A stretch of 64,000 nt of DNA from Dehalococcoidia bacterium (GCA_035714925.1 DASTLN010000126.1:5106-69105); one strand, 5' to 3'. Counted from the first letter of the stretch, positions 10,249-20,519 are shown. Notes: a model not told the origin generated them from the letters alone. A program made the numbers and translations.

Positions 10249-11321
10249 TACCCGGAAATGGCGTCTGTCATGAGTGCGCCGTTTTGAGTCATGAGTCCTC
10301 GGGCCAGTGCCTGGTCGCGGGCAAGAGCGGTTTCGACGCCGAGGTTGGCGATCTGTAAAAGGTAGGGCAGGGTAGCGGCCGTCAGCGCCGCGGTAGCGGT
10401 CCGCGGGACAGCGCCCGGCATGTTGGCGACGCAATAGTGGATGACGCCCTCTTCGACGTAGACCGGTTCGGCGTGCGTGGTGGGACGCGAGGTGTCGAGT
10501 ATGCCGCCCTGGTCGATCGAAACGTCGACGACGACTGCACCGGGACCGAGCAGCCGCAGGTCGTCGCGTTGGAGCAGGCGTGGCGCCGCGGCACCGCCGT
10601 GGATCAAGATCCCGCTGATAAGAACATCGGCGCCCTCGATGGCGCGACGCAGACTTTCCGGCGTCATGACTTCGGTGCGGATCCGGCCAGGCCACCTCTC
10701 CTCTATGCGCCGCAACTGATCGAGGGTACGGCAGACCACCGTGACGTCGGCGCCCATGCCGACCGCGACAGCGCAGGCGTTGGTCGAAACGTTGCCCGCG
10801 CCGAGGATGACGACGCGGGCGGCCGGTGATCCCGGCAGACCGGACAGCAGCTTGCCGCGTCCACCGCTGGGTTTCTCGAGGAAGTGCGCACCGACCTGGG
10901 TTGCCATTCGGCCGGCAATCTGGCTCATCGGCACCAGCAAGGGCAACGTGCCGTTGGCCAGCTCCACGGTCTCGTAGGCGATGCCGGTGGTCCCGGCGGA
11001 CAGCAATGCCTGCGTCACGGATGGCGCGGCGGCGAGGTGGAGGTAGGTGAACAAGGTCTGGTCAGGGTGAAGATGGCGAAACTCCGGTTCCTGCGGCTCC
11101 TTGACCTTTATGACGAGGCCGGCCTCCTGCCAGACGCGCTCCATCGTCGCCAGCTCCGCGCCGGCGGTGGTGTAGGCGTCATCTGTGAAGCCGCTGCCGA
11201 GCCCGGCTCCGGCCTCGACAATGACGCGGTGGCCGGCGGCCGTGAGCTCCCGGGCGCCCTCGGGCGTCAACCCGACGCGGTACTCTTCCGTCTTCACCTC
11301 TCGGACCGTTCCAACGATCAT
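10248..11321 (-). CDS. ald: alanine dehydrogenase
   Basis: 357 aa. Strong AlaDH/PNT family similarity. NAD-binding motif VVILGAGNVS. Confidence 0.9.
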   Translation of the reverse strand: MIVGTVREVKTEEYRVGLTPEGARELTAAGHRVIVEAGAGLGSGFTDDAYTTAGAELATMERVWQEAGLVIKVKEPQEPEFRHLHPDQTLFTYLHLAAAPSVTQALLSAGTTGIAYETVELANGTLPLLVPMSQIAGRMATQVGAHFLEKPSGGRGKLLSGLPGSPAARVVILGAGNVSTNACAVAVGMGADVTVVCRTLDQLRRIEERWPGRIRTEVMTPESLRRAIEGADVLISGILIHGGAAAPRLLQRDDLRLLGPGAVVVDVSIDQGGILDTSRPTTHAEPVYVEEGVIHYCVANMPGAVPRTATAALTAATLPYLLQIANLGVETALARDQALARGLMTQNGALMTDAISG

Positions 11322-11427
11322 GTCTTGCCTCTCTCGTTATTCGACCGGAGCAAGCGATATGCGGTGCAAGGGAGCGGTTTCGATGAGGCCCGGTGTCGAC
11401 CGCCATCGCGTCCATGACATTCCCAGC

Positions 11428-12753
11428 TTACGGCGAATTGCCGCCGGCTTCGCGGTCCGAATGCCGACTCTCCGGCCGCCAGAGCGAGAGCACTTCCATA
11501 GCGACGACACCGGAGGCGAAGAGTCCGGCGCCCAACGCCAGGACGTCGCGGCTCAGGTTTCCCATCTGCAGCGCGACCAGTAGCAGTCCAATCACCGGCA
11601 GGAGCGGCAGACGCTTCCAGGTCAAGGGCAGGCGGAAGGGGCGCGGCAGATCGGGCTGCCGATAGCGCAGGACGATCAGGGATAGGCAGACCGCCTCGAA
11701 CGCGACGAAGATGGCGAAGTTGCTGGCACCAGCCGCGAACGCGAGCTCCCCGGTGAGCGCGAATGCTGTCGCGAGGCCGAGGCAAAGCACGATGGCTCGC
11801 ACCGGCGTACGCCGCCCGGGGTGGACCCACGCGAGGAACCGCGGCAGCGCGTCCGTGCTGGCCATACCGTAAATCATTCGGCTCGCCGCCACGAGGAGCA
11901 GCAGCATCGTGTTGGCGGTGGAGAAGAGGGCGATCAACGCGACCGCCTGGGACGCCCGGCTACCCAGCACCTCCTTGGCCACGTCGGCCAGTGGCGCGTC
12001 GGAAGTGGTGAGGGCTGCCGCCCCCAGGACGCTGACGGCGGCGACCGCGACCATGATGTAGAGGATTGTGGTGATCAGAATGGCCAGAACCATGGCGCGT
12101 GGGACGGTGCGCGTTGGGTCTTCCGTTTCTTCGGCTAGCGTGGCGACCTCTGAGAAGCCGAGGTAGGCGAACATGACCAGCGAGGCGCCACCCAGGACGC
12201 CCCAGACGCCGGCATCGAACTGTGCGAGGTCGACGTCGCCGAGGTGGGGGATGCCGATGGCAATAATCAAGATCAGCCCGGCGACTTCAACCAGCGTGCC
12301 AACGACCATAACCTTGATGGTTTCATCGACCCCCATAAAGGCGACGCCTGTGGCGACCGCGAGCGCCGCGATTGCTGCCACCGTGGCGTCGACTTCGAAG
12401 AAGGTGTTGAGGTAGCCGCCGAAGCCTAGCGCGACGGCGGCGGCGGCGATGATGTTGCCGATAACCATCAGCCAACCGACGACGAAGGCCGGCCGCTCGC
12501 CCATGGCGCGCAAGGTGTACTCGTAATCGGCGCTGCTCTTGGGGAACATCGAGGCGAGCTCCGCATAGCAGAGCCCGACAATCGATGCGACGACGGCCGC
12601 GAAGACGAAAGAGAGCCAGAGGCCGTTGCCGGCTTCGTCCGCGACGGCGCCAACCAGGGCGTAGACACCGGCGCCCAGGATGATGCCGATCCCGGCCAGC
12701 GTGGTTTCAGTAAGGGAGAGGCTGCGCCGAAGCGTATCCGTCTGGCCAGCCAT
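11428..12753 (-). CDS. APC-family amino acid permease
   Basis: 441 aa, 12 predicted TMs, APC superfamily N-terminal signature. Confidence 0.85.
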   Translation of the reverse strand: MAGQTDTLRRSLSLTETTLAGIGIILGAGVYALVGAVADEAGNGLWLSFVFAAVVASIVGLCYAELASMFPKSSADYEYTLRAMGERPAFVVGWLMVIGNIIAAAAVALGFGGYLNTFFEVDATVAAIAALAVATGVAFMGVDETIKVMVVGTLVEVAGLILIIAIGIPHLGDVDLAQFDAGVWGVLGGASLVMFAYLGFSEVATLAEETEDPTRTVPRAMVLAILITTILYIMVAVAAVSVLGAAALTTSDAPLADVAKEVLGSRASQAVALIALFSTANTMLLLLVAASRMIYGMASTDALPRFLAWVHPGRRTPVRAIVLCLGLATAFALTGELAFAAGASNFAIFVAFEAVCLSLIVLRYRQPDLPRPFRLPLTWKRLPLLPVIGLLLVALQMGNLSRDVLALGAGLFASGVVAMEVLSLWRPESRHSDREAGGNSP

Positions 12754-12757
12754 GCGG

Positions 12758-13741
12758 TCAGCTTATCAGGGCCACGGCCAAGCTGAAGTAGATCAGTATC
12801 GAGAGCAGGTCCTGCAAGACTGTGGCCAACGGACCGCTGCCGAATGCCGGGTCGATACCGATGCGGTCCATCAACCACGGCAGACTCATCGCGAGCAGCG
12901 TCGCGCACGTCGCTGACGCCAGCAAGGACAAGGCAATCGCCAGCGAGAGGCTGGTGTCTTCCGTGATCAGGAGGGCCAGCGGAAAGAGTGCCAGCGACAA
13001 CAGCCCGCCGACAACGGCCCCTGTGACGGCCTCCAACCTGAGGATCCGACGAATCGGCACACCGACCGACAGGCCGCGAATTACCAGGGTCTCCGTCTGC
13101 GTGCCAACGGCGTCCGCCATGTAGACGATGCCTGGGAGGAAGAACGCAATCGCCACGGTTTCCTCCAGCTCTGCTTCGAAGGCCCGAACCATCTGCGCGG
13201 CGACGACGGCGCCGATTAAGCCTACGAGGAGCCAGGGAGCCCTGTGCAGGACGCGACGATGCACCGCTTCTTCGCTGGCCGTTCGAGCGACGCGGGCGCC
13301 GCGCAGGAAGCCTCCAAGCCGCGCCATGTCTTCCTCGTGCTCATGGGCCAGAAGGGGAAGGAAGCGGGACAGGGGAGCAATGCCCAGGAAGCGTCCCGAC
13401 TCGTCCTCAGCCACTACGACCTCGGCATCGGCCATCGTGGCGAGCCATGCGGCGCTCTCGGCGGTCGTGGTTGCGGGCACTCTAACGATGCCGGCCCGAG
13501 ATACGTTCTCGATTGCCGTGGAGGGGTCCGCACTGAGGAGAAAGGCGCTTGCGGTCAGTCCGGAAAGGACGTCACCATCGCACACGGCGATCCAGAGGGG
13601 CGGCGTCGCGGGGTTGCGCCTGATACGGTCCAAGACCGCCTCGACCGTCGTGCCGGGACTTGTCCTGAAGGTGTCGGCAGCGAGCACGCTGATGGGCGGT
13701 GATTCGCTCGCCAGCGCTCGTGCCTGACTCATGTCGAGCAT
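12758..13741 (-). CDS. mgtE: magnesium transporter MgtE
   Basis: CBS pair plus MgtE integral-membrane domain. Probable start is the internal ATG at about 13741, preceded by AAAGGAGG (track ORF extends to 13804). Confidence 0.8.
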   Translation of the reverse strand: MLDMSQARALASESPPISVLAADTFRTSPGTTVEAVLDRIRRNPATPPLWIAVCDGDVLSGLTASAFLLSADPSTAIENVSRAGIVRVPATTTAESAAWLATMADAEVVVAEDESGRFLGIAPLSRFLPLLAHEHEEDMARLGGFLRGARVARTASEEAVHRRVLHRAPWLLVGLIGAVVAAQMVRAFEAELEETVAIAFFLPGIVYMADAVGTQTETLVIRGLSVGVPIRRILRLEAVTGAVVGGLLSLALFPLALLITEDTSLSLAIALSLLASATCATLLAMSLPWLMDRIGIDPAFGSGPLATVLQDLLSILIYFSLAVALIS

Positions 13742-13861
13742 TCGGACCTCCTTTTGAAGCAGACGTGTCTTACCGAGCACGATTATGCTGCCGCAGGTCC
13801 GCAACGGGCACCATTGCTCAACCGCGGGTTTCGGCTGAGAATTCGCCCACCGGAGGCTGCT

Positions 13862-16273
13862 GTGCCAGAAGTACCGATCGATCAGCTACGTCCAACCTGC
13901 GATCCGTCCAGCTTCGCATTCGAAACGACGAATGAGGTTGCGCCGCACATCGGCCTCATCGGCCAGCAGCGCGCCATAGACGCAATTCGTTTCGGGCTCG
14001 CGATGGACAGCCCGGGGTTCAACATCGTGGTGACCGGGGAACCGGGGACGGGTCGTGCGACGGCGCTTCGTGAGTATCTACAGGAGATTGCATTGACCAA
14101 GGCGCCGCCGGACGAGTGGTGCTACGTCAACAACTTCGCGGATCCTTATCAGCCCCGCGCGATGCAGTTCCGGCCGGGCCAAGGCAGTGCGTTCGCGCAC
14201 GCGATGTCGTCCATGATTGCGGAGGCGCGGGAGTTGATCCCTCGCACATTCTCGTCGGAAGACTTCACAAAGCGGCGCGACCAGATTGTCAGTTCAGTAC
14301 AGAGGCAGCAGGCGGAACGCTTTGCTTCGCTGGCTGCTCGTGCCCGGGAGTCTGGGTTTCTGTTGCAGGGCAACCCTTCAGGCTTTTTCCTGGTGCCGCT
14401 TAAGGATGGCGAACCGGTGGATGATCAGGGCTTCGCGGCACTGAGTCCGGAGGAACGGAGCGACCTGATGCGGCGCCGCGACGAGCTGATGGCCGAGTTG
14501 CGCCCCGTGGCGAAGCAAGGTGAGGGCGCAGAGGTGGAGGCACAGCAGCGGCTGCAGGACCTAGAGCGTACCGTGGCAACCAGCCTCGTGGATACGTTGG
14601 TTGATCGTCACTTCGAGGCCTTCGCCACGCATGCTGAAGCGACGCAGTATCTCTCCGAGGTCCGCCAAGACATGATTGCGAGTGTTGGCCTATTCATCAT
14701 GGTGGCGCAGCCTTCGCCTGGCCCCGGACCGATGCCCGGCCGGCCTGACTTCGAGGCTCAGTTCCGTAAGTACGAAGTAAATCTTCTCATCGACTGCTCG
14801 ATGGAGGAGTGCGCGCGCGTCGTGTTCGAATCGAACCCCACGCCGCAGCACCTCTTTGGCAGCATCGAGAAGGAGGCTTACTTCGGCGCCCTGACGACGG
14901 ACTTCTCGATGATCCGCGGCGGCTCTCTGCATCGTGCCAACGGTGGCTACCTGGTGCTCGACTTCGACGACCTCCTCATGTACCCGATTTCATGGAACGA
15001 GTTGAAGCGCACGCTGCGCACGCGGGAAATCACCATCGAAGAGCTCGGTAACCGGCTAGGACTAATCGAAACGCGGACGGTGCGGCCGGAGCCGATCCCC
15101 TGGACGGGTAAGGTCGTAGGAATCCTGCGTGAGAGCGTCTATCGCCTGCTGTACACCCTTGACCCGGACTTCCGCGAGCTGTTCAAGGTGAAGGCGAACT
15201 TCGATATGCGGATCGACCGAACGCCACAGCATGAGCTGGAATACGCGGGCCTGATTGCGGCCGTCACGAAGCGTGAGGGGCTCCCGCCACTCGATCGCGG
15301 CGGCGTCGCGCGTGTGGTGGAGCAGGGGATGCGCCTTGCGGAAGATCACAACAAGCTCTCAATCCTGTTCGGTGAGATCTCGGACGTGGTGCGGGAGGCG
15401 GCGCACTGGGCGGGTTCAGAGGGCGCCTCGGTGGTGACGGCGGAGCACGTGGAACGCAGCATCCGTGAGCGCACGCTGCGCGTGAACCTTGTCGAGGAGA
15501 AGATTCGCGAGGCGATCGACAAGGAGATCATCCACGTCAGCACGCAAGGCGAGGTTGTGGGTCAAGTCAATGGACTCTCAGTTGTCGATCTCGGCGATAC
15601 ATCCTTCGGCCAGCCGTCGCGAATCACCGCAACCGTCGGCGTTGGCCGGGAGGGTGTACTCGATCTCCAGCGTGAGGCGCAGATGAGCGGCCCGATCCAC
15701 TCGAAAGCGGTCCTGACGCTGCAGGGCTTCCTCGTCGACCGCTACGCCGATGAAACCCCCGTTACCCTGGCAGCACGCCTCTCCTTTGAGCAGAGCTACG
15801 GCATGATCGAGGGAGACAGCGCAACATGCGCCGAAGTGTGTGCGCTTCTCTCCCGTCTAGCAGAAGCGCCCATCAGGCAGTCTCTGGCGATTACAGGGTC
15901 GATGGATCAGCATGGCGAGGTGCAGGCGATTGGCGGCGTTAATCAGAAAATCGAGGGGTTCTTCGACGTATGCCAGGCACGCGGCTTGACGGGCGAACAG
16001 GGTGTCATTGTCCCCGCGAGTAACGTGCAGCACCTCATGCTACGCGACGATGTCGTGGAGGCGGTAAAGGCAGGGCGCTTCAAGGTCTACGCCGTTTCGG
16101 CTCTCGACGAGGCGCTGGAGTTACTCACGGGCATCGCGGCGGGGAGGAAGGACGCCTCCGGATCCTACCCTGCCGAGTCGCTGAACGGACGGGCGCAGGC
16201 GCGGCTGACGGAGTTCGCGCGGCGCCTACGAGCCTTCAGCGGGCCGAGTTCGATGGACGACCGGCGACCATGA
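13862..16273 (+). CDS. Lon-like protease (LonB/LonC type; degenerate AAA+ Walker A)
   Basis: C-terminal Lon S16 domain (GSMDQHGEVQAIGGVNQKIEGF). AAA-like domain with GEPGTGRAT (K to R, T to A). Likely start is GTG at 13862 after GGAGG (track ORF starts 13754 and overlaps mgtE). Confidence 0.8.
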   Translation: MPEVPIDQLRPTCDPSSFAFETTNEVAPHIGLIGQQRAIDAIRFGLAMDSPGFNIVVTGEPGTGRATALREYLQEIALTKAPPDEWCYVNNFADPYQPRAMQFRPGQGSAFAHAMSSMIAEARELIPRTFSSEDFTKRRDQIVSSVQRQQAERFASLAARARESGFLLQGNPSGFFLVPLKDGEPVDDQGFAALSPEERSDLMRRRDELMAELRPVAKQGEGAEVEAQQRLQDLERTVATSLVDTLVDRHFEAFATHAEATQYLSEVRQDMIASVGLFIMVAQPSPGPGPMPGRPDFEAQFRKYEVNLLIDCSMEECARVVFESNPTPQHLFGSIEKEAYFGALTTDFSMIRGGSLHRANGGYLVLDFDDLLMYPISWNELKRTLRTREITIEELGNRLGLIETRTVRPEPIPWTGKVVGILRESVYRLLYTLDPDFRELFKVKANFDMRIDRTPQHELEYAGLIAAVTKREGLPPLDRGGVARVVEQGMRLAEDHNKLSILFGEISDVVREAAHWAGSEGASVVTAEHVERSIRERTLRVNLVEEKIREAIDKEIIHVSTQGEVVGQVNGLSVVDLGDTSFGQPSRITATVGVGREGVLDLQREAQMSGPIHSKAVLTLQGFLVDRYADETPVTLAARLSFEQSYGMIEGDSATCAEVCALLSRLAEAPIRQSLAITGSMDQHGEVQAIGGVNQKIEGFFDVCQARGLTGEQGVIVPASNVQHLMLRDDVVEAVKAGRFKVYAVSALDEALELLTGIAAGRKDASGSYPAESLNGRAQARLTEFARRLRAFSGPSSMDDRRP

Positions 16274-16393
16274 CGCAAATTGTGTTAGCTGCCAGGGTAC
16301 GGCTCGCTTCAGACTCATGACCGGCGGCCGGTAGCAACGACCGTGTCCAAGGCTGGCCAATCTTGAAGAGGCGCCCTTGCTGAGGTGCTCCGG

Positions 16394-17617
16394 CTAAACG
16401 GCGTCAACGACAACGGCCGCTATTGCGCTGAACGCCACCACCAGCCAAGGCGGCGATTTCCAGAACGCGAGCAGTCCGAAGGCAGCGATCGCGATGCTGA
16501 AGTCCTCGGCCGATCCTACGGCGCTGGTGAACACGGGGTTGTAGAGCGCAGCCAGCAGCAGGCCAACGACCGCGGCGTTGACGCCGCGCAGCGAGGCCAG
16601 GAAGGAGGGGTTGCGCCGGATCAGCGACCATGCCGGAAGGCCGCCGACGACGAGCAGAAAGGAAGGCAGGAAGATCGCGGTCAGGGCGATCGTGCCGCCC
16701 AGGACGCCGTTAGGCCGCGGATCGCTGATGGCGCCGAGGTATGCAGAGAGCGTGAACAACGGGCCAGGAACGGCCTGTGCGGCGCCATAACCGGCCAGGA
16801 AATCGTCCTGCGTGACCCAGCCGGGCGCCACGACCTCGCGTTGGATCAGAGGCAGCACGACGTGGCCGCCTCCGAAAACCAGCGAACCGGTACGGTAGAA
16901 GCTGTCAAAGATGTTGAGCGCCTGGCTCTCGGCGGCTGCAGCGGCCAGGGGCAGTCCGAAAAGTAGGCAGAAAAAAACGACCCAGGCACCGATGGCGACG
17001 TTCCGGCCAACGGACACAGGCAGGTGGGTGTCGGGACCGCCGCCCGCGGAGAAGAAGAGCTTCCAGCCGATGAGGCCGGCCAGAACGATGATCCCTACCT
17101 GAGCCAGCGCGGTCTCAAGGCTCAGCGCGAGGATCGTGGCGATGATCGCGATCGTCGCCCGCTCCTTGTCCGGCGCGAGGTTGCGCGCCATACCCCAGAC
17201 GGCGAAGGCGACGATGGCGACAGCGGCGAGCTTCAGGCCGTGCAGCCAGGCCGCATCGCTGATATCGCCGATTTCCTTGACTCCGAAAGCAAACGCGACG
17301 AGTACGGCGGCCGATGGCAGCGTGAAGCCTATCCAGGCCATGATGGCGCCGACCAGACCGGCTCGCATGAGGCCGATTGCGATGCCCACCTGGCTGCTGG
17401 CGGGTCCGGGCAGGGCCTGGGACAGCGCCACGATTTCCGCGTAGGCGTCCTCAGACAGCCACTTGCGCCGCTCGACGTACTCATTGTGGAAGTAGCCGAG
17501 GTGGGCGATCGGCCCGCCGAAGGATGTCAGTCCGAGCTTCGACGCGACGAGAAAGACTTCCAGCGCGCTGCCGTGCCGGAGGGCATCGGCGGGATCAGGC
17601 GGTGACGCGGCCTGCAA
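16394..17617 (-). CDS. chrA: chromate transporter ChrA
   Basis: 407 aa, duplicated CHR domains, typical ChrA N-terminus (LEVFLVASKLGLTSFGGP). Confidence 0.85.
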   Translation of the reverse strand: MQAASPPDPADALRHGSALEVFLVASKLGLTSFGGPIAHLGYFHNEYVERRKWLSEDAYAEIVALSQALPGPASSQVGIAIGLMRAGLVGAIMAWIGFTLPSAAVLVAFAFGVKEIGDISDAAWLHGLKLAAVAIVAFAVWGMARNLAPDKERATIAIIATILALSLETALAQVGIIVLAGLIGWKLFFSAGGGPDTHLPVSVGRNVAIGAWVVFFCLLFGLPLAAAAAESQALNIFDSFYRTGSLVFGGGHVVLPLIQREVVAPGWVTQDDFLAGYGAAQAVPGPLFTLSAYLGAISDPRPNGVLGGTIALTAIFLPSFLLVVGGLPAWSLIRRNPSFLASLRGVNAAVVGLLLAALYNPVFTSAVGSAEDFSIAIAAFGLLAFWKSPPWLVVAFSAIAAVVVDAV

Positions 17618-17632
17618 AGGACTCCTGTCCCT

Positions 17633-18007
17633 CTAGCTCTTCGAGGACCTTCTGGTGTGCCGGCGCGCGATGGCCGGAGATGGAGCTTCCTCCAGCACCT
17701 CGTCGACCAGTTCGCGGATTCGGTCCCGCGCCTCGGACAGCGCGGCCTGACCCGCTTCCGTGATGGAGTAGTACTTTCGCACTTTGCCCTCGACGTTGCG
17801 GTCCTCGCGGGCCAGGTAGCCGGCCTTCTCCAGGCTGTGCAGGACCGGATACAGGGTACCGGGACTAACCGCGTAGCCGTGCCGCTGCAGCTCTTCGATC
17901 ATCGCCAGGCCGTACACGGGCTCCTCGGCCGCGTGGTGCAGCACGTGGACCTTGATGAAGCCCAGGAAGAAATCGCGCGTCAACCTCTCGGAGCCGGGCA
18001 TGAACAT
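17633..18007 (-). CDS. PadR family transcriptional regulator
   Basis: 124 aa, PadR wHTH (GYAVSPGTLYPVLHSLEKAGYL). 15 nt upstream of chrA. Confidence 0.8.
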   Translation of the reverse strand: MFMPGSERLTRDFFLGFIKVHVLHHAAEEPVYGLAMIEELQRHGYAVSPGTLYPVLHSLEKAGYLAREDRNVEGKVRKYYSITEAGQAALSEARDRIRELVDEVLEEAPSPAIARRHTRRSSKS

Positions 18008-18076
18008 ATCCTAGCCGCACCGGGCCCAGCCGGCACACCCGCCTATGAGTTGCCATGGAGAAGGACGCACCGTGTC

Positions 18077-18598
18077 TCACGGGGAGCCCGGTTCCAGGGC
18101 ACGCAACCAGGCGACCTGTTCGTCGTTGGGGATAATCTCTGGCCGCGCTTGCCGCACCTGCTGCAGAGCATCCTCGAATGACGAGCCTTCGAGGACGAGC
18201 AGGCCGATGGTCATCGTCGCCGCCCTGGCGAAGCCGCCACCGCAGTGGACGTAGAGGCTGCTCTTCTCCGGCTGCGACTGGAACCACTCTGCGACCTCTC
18301 TCAGCTGCTCACGGGACGGAGCGCTGCCGTTGGGCACCGGTATCTGGCGCCGCGCGATGCCCAGTTCCCGGAGGCGTTCAGCGGGAGGAGAGCTGTTCGC
18401 GTTGTCCAGCTCGTGCGGCTCGCGCATGTCGATCACGTGGCTGATCCCGGCATCGAGACAGCGCTCGTACTCGCCGGCAGGAATGAAGCCGCCGACTTGT
18501 AGCCAGTCGTTGACGCGGTCGATCCGCCTTGCAACCGCGCGCATCGCGGCGCGTCGCGCTTCGTCGCCCTGCTCGCCGTGTCCGGACTCAGTGGTCAT
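18077..18598 (-). CDS. protein-tyrosine/dual-specificity phosphatase family protein
   Basis: CX5R active site HCGGGFARA. Start choice is uncertain (track ORF runs to 18646). Confidence 0.65.
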   Translation of the reverse strand: MTTESGHGEQGDEARRAAMRAVARRIDRVNDWLQVGGFIPAGEYERCLDAGISHVIDMREPHELDNANSSPPAERLRELGIARRQIPVPNGSAPSREQLREVAEWFQSQPEKSSLYVHCGGGFARAATMTIGLLVLEGSSFEDALQQVRQARPEIIPNDEQVAWLRALEPGSP

Positions 18599-18662
18599 GT
18601 TCCGCCTCTTGAAATCACTAGTCGTAATCGTATCCCGATAATGCATTCCTGCCGTGCTCGCG

Positions 18663-20006
18663 TCAAGGCGTAGCCGGGCCGACCAGTTCCTCCCGCGGAG
18701 GGGAAGGCTGGCGCACGAATAAGAGCAGGATCAGCGCCGTCGTGAGGTAGGACACGGAGAGCGCCATGAACAGCAGGCGGTAGCCACCGGTGATGTCGAA
18801 GACGAGTGCGCCGATGAACGGTCCCGCGCCGAGCCCGAAACTGGCAAACGTCTGGAAGAAGCCGCTAATCGAGCCGAAGTTGCCGCGACCGAAGTAGCTC
18901 GCGAGCAGCAGGTTGAACAGCGTGCCGCCGCCGCGCGTCGTCAGACCGTAAACGGCGCTGACGCCAAGCGCCATCGCTCCGCTGTTGACTCCGAGCATCG
19001 CAAGGACGGCGAGGGAGCCGGCGAACGTCAGGCCGGCTGCCAGCAGCCGCTCGGAGATGCGCTCCGACAGCAGGCCCCAGAGGCCGCTGGAGAACGCGCC
19101 CGCCAGCGTGAACGTGCTGATCGTTGCAGCTGCGACCGTGGGCGAGAGGCCGAGGTCCTGGTAATAGGCCACCTGGTGAAACGAGACGGCGCCGCCGCCG
19201 AGGATGGAGAGGAAGCTGGCGACGACGATGAACCAGAAGACCCGCGTATGCAGGGCTTGCTTCAGAGTGAAGTCGTATTCGCCTGCCATGACCTCCCGTC
19301 GCGCAGGCCCGCCGCCCGGCGCCCGGGCAACGGGCGGGCCAGATGCTCCATCCGGGAACAACCCGAGCTCCTCCGGACGCTTGCGCAGCAGCAAGTAGCC
19401 GGGTGCGATGATCAGGACCGCCGCGAGCGCGCCGAGAAGGAAGAACACCTCGCGCCAGCCGGCCTGGTCCGTGATCCATTGCGCTAGCGGCGCCTGCACG
19501 GAATTGGCGAGCGGAAGCGTCATGACTATCAAGCCCATGGCCCGGCCGCGCTTCGTGGCGAACCAGTTCACTATCGTCGTCTGGGCGCCGACGTTGGTGA
19601 GGCACGGCGAGGCGATACTACGAGCGAGGATGTATGCGAGGTAGAACTGCCACAGCGCATTGACGCCCGCCAGCGCGAAGAAGGCTATAGAGAGCAGGAC
19701 GCCTCCCACCGGTACCAGGATGCGCGGACCGTAGCGGTCGGCGAGGCGTCCCACGAATGGGCTGACGAAGCCGATGCCGATGGTACCGAGGCTGATCGCG
19801 GTGGTCGCTTCCGTGCGGCTCCAGCCAAACTCCTCGGTCATCGGCCGCAGCATCACGGCCATGAACGGCTGCGTGCTGCCGGCTGCGATGGAGCCGGCCA
19901 GCATCATCATGCCGAGGACAACCCAGCCGTAATAGAAGGGAAGGCTGAGGAGCGCCCTCATGATTGCGGTATGTCTTCTCGACGAAGCCTCCATAGCTCG
20001 CCGCAT
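18663..20006 (-). CDS. MFS transporter
   Basis: 447 aa, 12 TMs, MFS motifs (GRLADRYGPR). Confidence 0.8.
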   Translation of the reverse strand: MRRAMEASSRRHTAIMRALLSLPFYYGWVVLGMMMLAGSIAAGSTQPFMAVMLRPMTEEFGWSRTEATTAISLGTIGIGFVSPFVGRLADRYGPRILVPVGGVLLSIAFFALAGVNALWQFYLAYILARSIASPCLTNVGAQTTIVNWFATKRGRAMGLIVMTLPLANSVQAPLAQWITDQAGWREVFFLLGALAAVLIIAPGYLLLRKRPEELGLFPDGASGPPVARAPGGGPARREVMAGEYDFTLKQALHTRVFWFIVVASFLSILGGGAVSFHQVAYYQDLGLSPTVAAATISTFTLAGAFSSGLWGLLSERISERLLAAGLTFAGSLAVLAMLGVNSGAMALGVSAVYGLTTRGGGTLFNLLLASYFGRGNFGSISGFFQTFASFGLGAGPFIGALVFDITGGYRLLFMALSVSYLTTALILLLFVRQPSPPREELVGPATP

Positions 20007-20108
20007 GATATCGTAAGTCGATATTGCTGCAAGAGCCTTGACATGACGGGTTCATATGACACAATCGCCATGCGTTATCGGCTTTCGAGAACAGACGGAG
20101 GCAGACCA

Positions 20109-20519
20109 ATGACCTCAGGCGGGCTCTTCTACTCGCGCGACGACACCGACGCTGTCGCCGAAGCGCAGCTGACATACTCGAACCCGCACGGCCAGCGCGT
20201 GGGTCCGCGCTGGGTGCGCGGCGAGGTCGTCTTCGCAATGCCCCTCGGCATCGTCAACGTCGACCCGGCGACGACGCGCTGGGCCAAGGAGTACGTAGTC
20301 GTGTACAGCACCGATGGCGGGCCGGAGGGCAGACCGGAGCGTGTGCCGGGCCAGTTCGGCATCTACGACTCCAAGCCCGGCGACGACAACTACAGCCCGA
20401 TCTGGCGTTACAACTACGTCATCGTGCCGCGCGACTACGAACCGAACGCGCTGAAGTCCGAGGACGATTGCCTCAATTCCGACTATCCTGTCATCGAGTC
20501 CGACGTTTACACCAATTGA
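20109..20519 (+). CDS. hypothetical protein
   Basis: ATG at 20109 preceded by GGAGG at -8 (track ORF 19971 overlaps the MFS gene). No family recognised. Confidence 0.5.
   Translation: MTSGGLFYSRDDTDAVAEAQLTYSNPHGQRVGPRWVRGEVVFAMPLGIVNVDPATTRWAKEYVVVYSTDGGPEGRPERVPGQFGIYDSKPGDDNYSPIWRYNYVIVPRDYEPNALKSEDDCLNSDYPVIESDVYTN

Noticed and set aside
10249-10695. 149-codon Arg-rich N-terminal extension of track ORF 9265..10695
   Set aside because: Overlaps the ald coding region in another frame. The real antiporter start is the internal ATG at 10248, coupled to the ald stop.
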